Source: Psammoneis japonica (lineage: Eukaryota). From it: DNA of 64,000 bases. Made by a program: the position numbers and the translations under genes. The notes beneath the pieces are model-generated. The model was not told the DNA's origin. It did no database searches and saw nothing but the letters and a program-made list of their open reading frames with translations. The DNA lies in assembly GCA_008632985.1 (NCBI GenBank), contig QPGO01000014.1:496001-560000 (forward strand), written 5' to 3'. Positions 37,795 through 47,719 of the stretch are shown here, in pieces (the first letter of the stretch is position 1; every line of letters starts with the position of its first letter).

Positions 37795-40084
37795 CTGTTC
37801 GGTCTTCCAGTTCTCCTCACCCCAGGTGAGAAGGGTGGCCTGTTCGGCGTCTGTGTGGTCATTGCGATGATCACAGGACGAGCCACAGTTGGTGTCACAT
37901 TGCCCTTTGTAATGGCAGGGAAAACAATGGGGACGACCTTGGGCATCTTTGGGAAGTTCGATGTTGTCCCTTGCGCACAGGTTTTTGACATCGCGTGACC
38001 TGACGTTGGGGCGGTCACGAAGCGTGGCGAAGCGGTCATCATAAGAAGGGTTGCGGACTACGCTGTTGCTCCCTGCGGCTTGACTGATGGGGGCCATGTT
38101 GGCAGGCTGGTGTTGAGTTGCCGGGGCCGGTGCGGCTCCCAGTGCAGAACTGGGGCTGGCAGCTTGCATGTTAGCGGGCAGGTGCGGGCGCCAGTGCATG
38201 ATTCCTTTTGCCGCTTCAAACACAACGTTCAATGGTGAGAATGGAAGCGGGTGAAGGGAGGCTTCTTGAGCCTTGAACCAATGGCGGACTTCAATCTGCG
38301 CGCAGCGTTGAAAATCCACGGGAAGGGTTGGGTGCCAAGCAGCCTGTGCTGCCAACTCGTTGGCACACCGGTCCATGTCTTGACGTTGACGGGTGAGCCA
38401 CTGGACAACTGGATGGTGGGCTCCAAGTGAGGCAGAAAGCACCAGGTGGCATCCATCGCAGGACTGCTGAGCGGCTTGCATTGTCGTCACCACGAGCGCC
38501 TTGTCTGGTGCTTCCAGGATCTGCATGTCTTGGAGGGACGGGGCCACAGCGCCGCCATGAATGTGCATGTACATGGCCTTGTGACAGGCGATCTGCTCGG
38601 CACTGTCTGGCACAGTGATCCCAAACTGGAATGGAGTGATGCCTTGGGTTGGCTCGTCTTGATTGTGACCAGCAAAATCCAGCTGTACGAGCTTGGTGAC
38701 AAGGCCAACCGTGACTGGTGCGTCAAAATGAACGGCCATTGCCTGGCGTTGCTCGTCAATTGCATTTTGGATGACTGCCAGGCGGCCTGTCTTAGGCGCT
38801 GCGGCAAGGGTGGCCCACACAGGCGGCAGTGCTGTCTCGTTGAGGGCGTGGCACCAATTCACAAGCTTGGTGACACCAAAAGGTCCCCAGAACTCATTGG
38901 GAACCTTGCCCCGGGCAGCCGCTTGTTGACGTGCGGTGGCGTCAAGTCGGAGTTGTCGTTGTTCAGTGGTGAGCTCTTCAATGGCCTGCACAACCGGCTG
39001 GAAGTGCTGCGCGGTGGGTGGTGCCCGACCCAGTCTCCCGGGGATGTCCCGCTCCACCTTGGCATCAAAAAATTGAATGAGGGCTTCGTTGGGGGGACGC
39101 ATCATGACAGGCCAAGGTCGCGCCACAACAGATGCCACTTGGTTGTTGGCAGTGGCACAGCAGGCGACGCGCAAGAAGTCGAGCAGTGGTCGGATGGCAG
39201 CCACCTTGTCAGCTGCCGCAGCGGCGCCGTGCACGCGCTGGCAGGCTTGTTTGGGATGCAAAGGGTGTGCCAACAAGAGTGGCACGAACTCAAATGGCAC
39301 GTGCATTGCATGTCGTGTCCACACGACCTCCGAGTTTGGTGCATCCTCAGCCAGATGCGGATGCAGGCCTTCCGCATTGTTGGTGACATGCTCCAGGAGT
39401 GCGGCATGGGTCGGTGCCCTAGTCCCCTGCTGTGCCAAGTTGAATGAGTCGCCCCCGAATTCGACCAGGGTAAACTGTCCACGGGTTGGGTCACCCGCTG
39501 TTGCGCACGTCTCACCGTCCCAAGGTTCGGCAGGTCCAACTACGGTCATCGGATAAGTGGTGACGCGGTGTGGGACTTGGATCTGTCCTTCGTCCGCTGC
39601 GCCGTCCTCTCGGCAGTGCGTGATGACGGCCATCGGCTGATCGTGACTTGACGCCGCTGCAACTCGCCCATGGAGCACTCCGGGGTTGCATCTCGAAGGT
39701 CCCTGAACCGGAACCGCAAAATCTGGCATCAACTCGTCGTGCACCCCCCGGTGTGGGTTGTCAGCGGCTGTGAGGTAAAAATCCCGATGCGTCGCAATGA
39801 CCGGCGGCACCGCCGGTGCGGCTTGTGCACCCGGTGGCGGTGGCGGCATGATGGCTCCTGCTGCTTGCGGTGCCACCGGAGGCACCGGGACTTGTGGAGG
39901 AGGAGGTGACGGAGCATTTTGGGCTGCCGCGGCGGCTGCTGCAGCTCCTCTTTGTGGTGGAGCAGGGTCGTTGGCATTTTGGGCGTTCTGGGCCCCTTGT
40001 CCTGCGTTTTGCTGCTGTTGCGCGTCCACAATGGACTTGCCAAAGGTTCTTCCTGCGAACAACAGGGAGCTGCGGCGGAGGCAT
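37795..40084 (-). pseudogene. Gag-like ORF1 of the Ngaro-like element
   Basis: Long Pro/Ala/Gln-rich ORF ending in a Cys/His knuckle (CFPCHYKGQCDTNC..DH..DH). ATG at 40084 is out of frame with the main ORF. Confidence 0.8.
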
Positions 40085-40100
40085 CCTGCGCCGCGTCGAC

Positions 40101-40300
40101 AGCGTTAAAAACTGTCTAGCGGCTTCTTGCTCTTTGTTGCTCTTCGGAAGAATGAGTGAAGCAAACGAGAAAAAGAGCAGAAAAAACCGTTGTTTGCTCG
40201 CCAAGTTCGCGCAAGCACGTTCAAATTTGAATTCAAACGGTTTGTATGACCCAACGGTCAAATGTGGGTCATTTGCCTCGTCGCACTACACAAGGTGGGC
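40101..40300 (-). repeat. 5' terminal repeat A1 of the Ngaro-like element
   Basis: Matches 34085-34283. Confidence 0.95.
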
Positions 40301-40629
40301 ACTTTTCGCACGCATGCAAGGACAGACAGGCAGCTAGAACTTTCTTACTTTGATTGTTTTTAGTCGCTTGCACTCTTTTCTTGAAGCATCGCTCGCTCGC
40401 GCGCTCGCTCGATCGCGATCGATCGCCTCGATCTATCTCGCTTAGTACAAAAGTTACGTGGCTTTCTACGTCAACGGATCCGCGCCGCGATCGATCGCTG
40501 CAAAAATCCAAAAACAACAAACAACGGTCGTTGCGCTGTTGCTGTCATTGAACTGTGCAAGAATAAGCTGGGCTTGTAGCTATCTCACTCTCTCTAGGCT
40601 AGTGTTTCCCACATATTATATTCCAAATC

Positions 40630-42513
40630 ATGCCGGACAAGAGACGCAGAACGGACGAGGAAGACACTCAAGACGACGCCGTCATGGCGTCACCGACGAC
40701 TCGTGCTCGTCGAGTTGCGGTTCGCCCTCCTTCGGAGCAAACGGAACGCATTGCTCAGTTTCATCAAGACCGTCGTAGTCTGTTGGATCAATCTTTGGAA
40801 CAAATCAATGGTGACATGCACAACTTGATGAAACAGTGGCGTCCTCAGTTGGAAAGCGACAACGCCCATCAGTACGAGGTTGCGTTTACGCGTGAACTCC
40901 ACTACTACGCATCCCTCTGCAACGCCGTCCAGTTTTTGTACGACCGTCCCGTCGGTCAAGTCATGGTGTGTGGAGACAATGATACGAATCAATTGGGATT
41001 TTCTCAAGTCAAAACCATGAACAGTCCGCGCATTGTCCGGGGATTGGAACACGATTTTGATTTTGTCACGTGCGGGTCCGTTCACAACATCGCCATTTCG
41101 TCCAACGGAGCGGCGTACAGTTGGGGAATCAACGATGAAGGCCAATTGGGACGTGGGAAAACTCCAGCAGAAGATGATGGCGAGTTTTTTGAGAAAACAC
41201 CCAGAATGATTACTGGGTTCAAGTCGGCCGGTAGTAGTGGTCAAGTACAGGATAACTGTTTGGTTCAGGCGGCTGCCGGTGAGGCGCACTCGGTCTTTGT
41301 CGCCATTGACGGGACGGCGTATTCCTGTGGCGGTTACAAGTATCCCAACGGCGGAGCCTTTTTCCGTGATCCACCCGCTCCGCACGATGGGACGCATGAG
41401 GGTATTGTCAAGGCTATTGCCAAGACCAACTTGACACCGGTGCCGTTGCATCGATTCAAGGGCGAGCCCGTCGCAATGGTGGATTGTGGCTTGAGCTTTT
41501 GTGCCGCACTCATGGGAGATGGCAATACCATCAAGACGTTTGGTATAGGGATTTCTGGAGAATTGGCGCGCGACGAAGAATTGGCCACGACGGTCAATGA
41601 AGAGGGCAAAACCGTGGTGGACTTTGAAAAGCTCCTGCCCGACAAACCGCACTTGCCCGAAAAGCCTAAACGCAACTATGACGCCAACAAGACGAAAGAG
41701 GAAACTGAACAAGAGTACGAGAAGGCTGTGGTGGAATACCGGAACGACGTCCAAGAGTACCACAACGTGTTGCTGCCAGAGTACAAGCGCAAGATACGCG
41801 TCTTTGACGAGATTTTTATGACGCCTCGTCCCGTCGTGTGGGAGGATCAAGCCTTGAGGCCCAAAAAGTACGTTATGAATGTCGCATGCGGAAATTTCCA
41901 CCTCATGGTGACGGCTCGCTGCACTGCGGGTGTCATTGCCCTCTATGCCAGTGGAGGCAACAATTACGGTCAGTTGGGTCTTGGTGACACGGTGAACCGT
42001 TACAAACTCACGCGCGTCCCCGCCATGGACGGCAAGGACATTGTCAAGGTGGCTTGTGGTAATCATCACACCTTGTGTCTTAATTTGTCGGGCCAAGCCA
42101 TTTATGGCTTTGGACGTTCGGATGCTGGGCAGTTGGGATTGTCGTGGGAATTGCCCGACGCTGGAGCCTTGGAGACCCTGCCGATTCGCATTGCCTTTCC
42201 GGCATTACCTGCGGGTCAGCACCATGTGTTTTCGCAAATTGCCTGTGGTGACGATCAATCGTATTGTATCTCGCAGGATGGAACCCGTGTCTACTCGTGG
42301 GGATTTGGAGATCCGTCGGGTTCCTTGGGACACGGTGTGGCAGAGGATGAACCTCGTCCCCGTCAAGTCAAAATTATGCGTGCCTACAAGGAGGAAAAGA
42401 CGGATGGTCTTGTTCGTATGATTTCAGCTGGATCGCAGCATGTCGCCATGGTTGTCACCAAGACTGTGCCTGCAGACACGCCGGTGGACGATACCGAACC
42501 ATCTGCAGAATAA
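40630..42513 (+). CDS. RCC1-repeat (regulator of chromosome condensation-like) protein, 627 aa, single exon
   Basis: Repeated YSWG.NDEGQLG, ACG..HT, G.N.YGQLGLG and ISAG.QH blades; normal CpG/TpA content. Confidence 0.92.
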   Translation: MPDKRRRTDEEDTQDDAVMASPTTRARRVAVRPPSEQTERIAQFHQDRRSLLDQSLEQINGDMHNLMKQWRPQLESDNAHQYEVAFTRELHYYASLCNAVQFLYDRPVGQVMVCGDNDTNQLGFSQVKTMNSPRIVRGLEHDFDFVTCGSVHNIAISSNGAAYSWGINDEGQLGRGKTPAEDDGEFFEKTPRMITGFKSAGSSGQVQDNCLVQAAAGEAHSVFVAIDGTAYSCGGYKYPNGGAFFRDPPAPHDGTHEGIVKAIAKTNLTPVPLHRFKGEPVAMVDCGLSFCAALMGDGNTIKTFGIGISGELARDEELATTVNEEGKTVVDFEKLLPDKPHLPEKPKRNYDANKTKEETEQEYEKAVVEYRNDVQEYHNVLLPEYKRKIRVFDEIFMTPRPVVWEDQALRPKKYVMNVACGNFHLMVTARCTAGVIALYASGGNNYGQLGLGDTVNRYKLTRVPAMDGKDIVKVACGNHHTLCLNLSGQAIYGFGRSDAGQLGLSWELPDAGALETLPIRIAFPALPAGQHHVFSQIACGDDQSYCISQDGTRVYSWGFGDPSGSLGHGVAEDEPRPRQVKIMRAYKEEKTDGLVRMISAGSQHVAMVVTKTVPADTPVDDTEPSAE

Positions 42514-42699
42514 GAGTTGGGATTGTGGTGGGGCTCGAATGCTGTTGAAAGATGTTTCAAGCTGTGGGAGGCGTGGCGTTCTTTACAACTACCGTAAAGG
42601 CGTGCAAACAAGACTTTTGTGCTGGGGCACATGGTACTAGTAGTAGATTGAATATACAGGAATATAGGAGCATTTCAAATTGCGAACGCATGAACAAGC

Positions 42700-45600
42700 G
42701 AAGGGCATGCTGCCAGACGTCAAGGCATCCTCACAATGGGCTGATGGATGGCAAGATGATTTGACTTTCCTGATTTTTTTTTTGCACTGGAAGCTTCGTG
42801 CACGCTGATTGCTAAAAATCAGCGACATGATGGTGGTGTGTTGTTGCAACATTTGTCATGTCAGCAACCTGCTCAAGAGTCTTTGTCTTTGCAGACGTTT
42901 AGCTCATTGTGTTTGAGAATGCACCCAGTCATGAAAGTCCCCGCCACTGACCTCTGTTTGATGGAAAACGTCACACCAATGCCGAGCTCTGTTTTTTGAC
43001 CTCTGTCATTCACTGCTGTGCATTCATTGTTGAACAACCAAGACTTCGTCTGGGTCCGGGGGACTTTCTTTGCATGTTCGTGTTCTGGATGGTGCAATCG
43101 ATCATTGTGACAAGTGTGCCCATTGCAAAGTCATTGTGCAAGAGCTTGAGAAAAATGTCATCATTGTCATTGGCATTGATGGCAATTTGTTGTGCAAATC
43201 ACAACACATGCACGACTGTTGTCAGTCCAAAATTGCGCTGCTGTGCGCACCTTGTGCGCATGCCTCAAGAAGGCACAGAACTGCTGGACCACATGTCACT
43301 TGTCTGGTCTGCAGAAAACCACAATGACAATCTCACCAGGATGGTCCAGGATTTGTGGAAGAGGATGATGTGCCCAAGATGGACAATGCAGTGAACTCCT
43401 GATGCACGTCCAGACCTCCAAGGAACCTGTCCATGTGTCTTTTCACTTGCCCATGCCCCCAGTGTCCTTTCAGAACATGTTTGGATTGGATGCTTGATTG
43501 AATGGCTGTGTTGCACATTGTTCTCATGAACAGACATTCAAGACAAAACATTTGATGGCACCTGAAAGCTGTGTGGCTGTTTGCCAGCAAAGACCTTGAA
43601 CAATGGCATCAATGGCTGAGCTGTTTCATCAAACTCAGAGGAAGCCACCAAATTAAAGATGATCCAGTGTGGGGTGAGATTCTTTCATGCCTTTTAACAA
43701 TCCGAGGGTTGGCTGGAGATGGCGCAAAAAAGGAAATCAACAATCATGTGATTGTGTTGGGGCCTGGCAACACTCCTGAACCAAAGGAAAGCAACATCAT
43801 CCCAAGCAACGCAACATGTGCTGTTGCCACCAATCTCAACATGAGTGCAGTCAATGACGGCATTTTCAAGAAGGTGCCAGAGGGACCACACTCAAAATCT
43901 CTTGCACAGTCACCTCCAACCCAAACCACTCCCATTCATGGATGGTCTGTTGGGGGGTGGAATGAGGGACGACAGCAGTTGCACCAGGTGCATGACACCA
44001 GCACACCATGGTCATGAGTCTGGCTCACTGCTCTCCCTCTTCTTCTCTCTTGTCACATCTGGGGCCCATCTGCTTCTTCTGAAACAAGGCAGAGACATCT
44101 CTTTCAATGCTGTGGACCCCAAAAGTCATGGAGGGCCTGCAACACAGTTGCAGGTCAGACATGATGATGCAGCTCCCCTTTTTGATTTGTGCCATTTTTT
44201 GATGGTTGCAAAAACAATTTGCCATGTGTCCCAGTGATCATCTTCAAGTCCAAGCAGGCAGCTGTGCTCAAAAGAAAACTCAATGCCAACATGCTTGTCC
44301 ATGTGTTGCATGCAAAGATCATCCACCTGGTTGGTGTCAGAAGGGCAGAGAATTGCTGTGTGTTTAATGTGACTTTTGTCCACATCAGCTCCAAACCAAT
44401 CACAAGCACAAACTCCTTGAATGGGGCAAGCTGTTCCAAAACTTCCTTTTTGAGCTTCTTCCAACCATCACAGCATGTGTTTGGGCAATGCTTGTTGAGC
44501 ATTTCTGCCTTTCCACCTCTTCCAGGATTTTTTCCATCTCTGTGCCATTGATGCAAAAGTGTTCTTCATTGGGCATGTGCACAACCAAGGCCTTGCAGTT
44601 GTCACCAAGGTGGCTCCTGGAGACACAATGGTTGACATCAGGCCATCTGCAGAGTGCAAGTTAGGGTCACATGCCTGCAGCAGTGGGGGGTTTGAATGTT
44701 GTCAATGGACAGTTTGAAGCTGCAGGAGTGGCGGCATTGTTTGAAACTGCCGGTGCAGAGAGGTGCACCACCAAAACTTGTGCCAGGGCACATGGTGTTA
44801 GCAGTGGGCTGAACTTGCAGAAATCATTTAAAATTGCAAAGAATTTCCAGCCCACACACTGTGCACGAGTTTTGGGTGCAAAACAGGAGCAGTGGAGCAG
44901 GTGGCTAGCACAGCAGTTGGATGCTGAGCCAACAGCAGCTCAGGTGCTAGACTGACACTTGCAGTTTCCAATCAAGGGCAGTGACCAAAGCTGCAGCATC
45001 TCTTGTGGCAACCCACATGCCTTGCTTCACATCCTGCTTGAGTGGTCTCTGTGCCACACATGCAACCACACCACAATGTTTGCTCACAATGTTGCCAAAG
45101 GAGGCACCTGCGTTTCTTCTCATGTCCCTGACAATGGGCATTGAGATGTGGGAGGGAGGGGCACCACCGTCAGGTGAAGAATGGGATGTTTGCATCAGTG
45201 AGGTGCTGTGAATGCACCCACAATGTCAGCACAACAAATGCATTTTGAGCCACTTTGTTCAGTGCCTTTCAACCACACTGTTTTTTGGCAGTGTGTTTCT
45301 CTGCACAAAGAAGCAATCTGAAAAGTGCATTGTGTCATCAGCAGGTCAGAGTTGGGCCCCTCCTCTTTTTGCACCACATCTCTCACACCTTTGCATCGCT
45401 GCATTGTCATGCAGCACATGTCTTGTTGGTCCTGTGTCAGCAACCAGTTGACAGTCCACACCAGCAGAAGATCAAAGCAGCTTGACTTTGAGTGTTCCCA
45501 ACAAAAAGAGAAACCAAAGTCATTGTTTTGCATCAGTGTCCACAGACAGTTGCCACCACACACACAAACATTCTAAAAACAAGGTGATGAAGATGCTCGC

Positions 45601-45950
45601 AGGCACAGCACTTTGTCTTGAGAGATCATCACACACGTTTTTTGCTGCATCATTGAGCCAGATTGAAAAGGAGCTGTGGGAGGCCATGGCAAAGAAACAC
45701 CACACCAGAGCCCCCACTCAATTAAAAAAATTGTGGTCAGGGCAGATCATGCACTGTTTCATGCAGGAGCGGCCGGCCTTTTGCAGCTGACACGATGCAA
45801 GCGGGTGAGAGGGCGAGTGTGTGCTGCTGCTGCTGCTCAAAATGTGAGTGACTCGCGCCATGTCTTGATTTGCCCCCCTCATTTGAGAAGACCATCAATT
45901 TGTTGCTGAGCAAGTTCGAATGACTCTGCTGAAACCACAGCTCTGGTCCA
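42700..45950. mobile_element. Hypermutated TE relic block with a probable Helitron/PIF1-type helicase fragment (+ strand, ~43571-43900)
   Basis: Near absence of CpG/TpA. WHQWLSCFIKLRGSHQIKDDPVWGEIL..CAVATNLNMSAVN resembles PIF1 helicase motif regions (L...HR..DD..W..LL; TN.....N). Confidence 0.5.
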
Positions 45951-46121
45951 CCCTGTCTGGGCCTGCCTCAGCAGTGCTGGAGCTCCTTTATTTCAGAGCA
46001 CGCACTCACAACAAAACACATGCGGTCAATTGGGTCGAATGAATCGAGAATGATGACGTCGTGCGATGTTTTGATCTGTGTCGAAAAAACAAAATTCCAA
46101 AACAACACAACATCTTTGACA

Positions 46122-47579
46122 ATGACGAGAAGGGCGTCAATTATTCTCGTCTTCTTGGCCTTGAGCCTTCAAGTATCTGCTAGAAAACATACATCATGGC
46201 GTCCTCAATCATGTGTGACATCAAGCGGTGCTCGTAGTGTTTTGAAAAATCCAAAAACGCCCGCCAACCATCAAGCGTTACAATTGTCACGTGGCGGCGG
46301 GAAAGAGGACAACGACGACTCTTCACCCAAGGCGTCCATATCATCATCTGTGTTTAACCTGGTCAACAATGTTGCTGGAGCAGGGATTTTGACACTGTCG
46401 GCTGGAATGGCAAGTGGCACGGGTTGGGTTCCGGCGCTTTTGGTCTGCGCCGCTTTGGGTTGGATCAGTTCTCACACCTTTACTATCATTGGAAAAGCTT
46501 GTGAATTGACTGGAGAAAGCGATTTCAAGGGTCTTTGGGGACGAACCATGGGAAAAGATACAACCTACATGGTAGATTCCATTGTCTCCATCATGTGTCT
46601 GGCTTGTGCCGTTATTTATGCGGGAATCATTGGCGACGTCTTTACACCTCTACTAAAGTCGATTGGGATGCCGGATCAATTCAACAGTCGGGGTTCCAAC
46701 ATTATCGTCATTTCGGCGACCCTTCTTTTTCCCATGTCTCTTATTAAAAACCTGTCGGCATTGGCATTCACGTCAATCATGGGCTTTGCGGCAATCATGT
46801 ACACAGTGATCTTTGTCGTAGTTCGGTCTCTGGATGGGACGTATAGTTTGGATGGACCGGGAAAATTTGTTCAGGACGCTGTCATTACCGCTCCTGCCTT
46901 TACAAAATCCAGTTTGTGGAACTTTAATTTCACCTCGCTCGTTTTGGCGTCCAATTTGGGTTTGGCGTACATTGCTCATTACAACGGACCAACCTTTTAC
47001 CGGGAATTGGAAAATACCAATTCCAAACGGTTCGGCAAGATGGTTGGCATTGCCTTTACCGTCTTGACGTTTCTGTACATTGTCATTATGAGTGCAGGAT
47101 ACAGCACCTTTGGTGATGTGTGTCAAGGAAATCTCTTGTTGAATTACCATCCAAACGATGTACTGTCCACGTTGGGCAGAGCAGCCACGGGTTTTAGCAT
47201 TTTGTTTGGATTTCCCCTTGTGGCAGCCGGTGCTCGAGAAGGCATCAAGGGTGCGGCTTCCAGTCTGGGATACCCGGGTGTAGCGGAAGAGAGAAATCAT
47301 GTGGCTCTTGTGGCCTCCATCTTGGCCTTGGTGACAGCCATTGCCGTCATGGTCGAGGATGTATCGCTTGTGGTTGGCCTTACAGGGGCAGCCATGGGTT
47401 CCTTTATCGTGTACATATGTCCAGTCTTGATTTACACCAAGGCTGTCAAATTGACAAGTGGTGAAACAAGCAAAGAATACGTGGCAGCCAAGCGGAACTT
47501 GGCTCTCGTTCCGTTTGGCATTTTTATTGGTTCCTTGGGTGTGTACATGACAATGAAAGAATCCCTTGCGAAAAAATAA
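46122..47579 (+). CDS. Amino-acid transporter (Aa_trans / SLC38-AVT family) with N-terminal signal peptide extension
   Basis: SVFNLVNNVAGAGILTL, SLIKNLSALAFTS, Y.AHYN.P and GY.TFG motifs; multiple hydrophobic segments. Confidence 0.92.
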   Translation: MTRRASIILVFLALSLQVSARKHTSWRPQSCVTSSGARSVLKNPKTPANHQALQLSRGGGKEDNDDSSPKASISSSVFNLVNNVAGAGILTLSAGMASGTGWVPALLVCAALGWISSHTFTIIGKACELTGESDFKGLWGRTMGKDTTYMVDSIVSIMCLACAVIYAGIIGDVFTPLLKSIGMPDQFNSRGSNIIVISATLLFPMSLIKNLSALAFTSIMGFAAIMYTVIFVVVRSLDGTYSLDGPGKFVQDAVITAPAFTKSSLWNFNFTSLVLASNLGLAYIAHYNGPTFYRELENTNSKRFGKMVGIAFTVLTFLYIVIMSAGYSTFGDVCQGNLLLNYHPNDVLSTLGRAATGFSILFGFPLVAAGAREGIKGAASSLGYPGVAEERNHVALVASILALVTAIAVMVEDVSLVVGLTGAAMGSFIVYICPVLIYTKAVKLTSGETSKEYVAAKRNLALVPFGIFIGSLGVYMTMKESLAKK

Positions 47580-47719
47580 AGAAGAGAAACTAAAAAAGTG
47601 ACAAACTAGATAGAGGATATCGCTACTTTATTCATCAAATGTTATTGCGATTTCAACAAGATATTGGTCTAGAGTTGCATAAAGTTAGCCCCAATAACAC
47701 ACAAAAAGTACCAAACTAG

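Larger units (their letters stand above)
33926..40300 (-). mobile_element. Full-length Ngaro/PAT-type (DIRS order) tyrosine-recombinase retrotransposon, A1-gag-RT/RH-YR-B1-A2-B2
   Basis: A1 40101-40300 = A2 34085-34283; B1 34282-34421 = B2 33926-34065. No TSD; a 2-bp GC core is shared by both ends and the B1/A2 junction. RT, RNase H and YR motifs present. Confidence 0.95.

Noticed and set aside
40690..42096. 468-aa antisense ORF over the RCC1 gene (likewise 52250-53041, 12506-13351, 38446-39447)
   Set aside because: Shadow ORFs of real coding sequence with no recognisable motifs.
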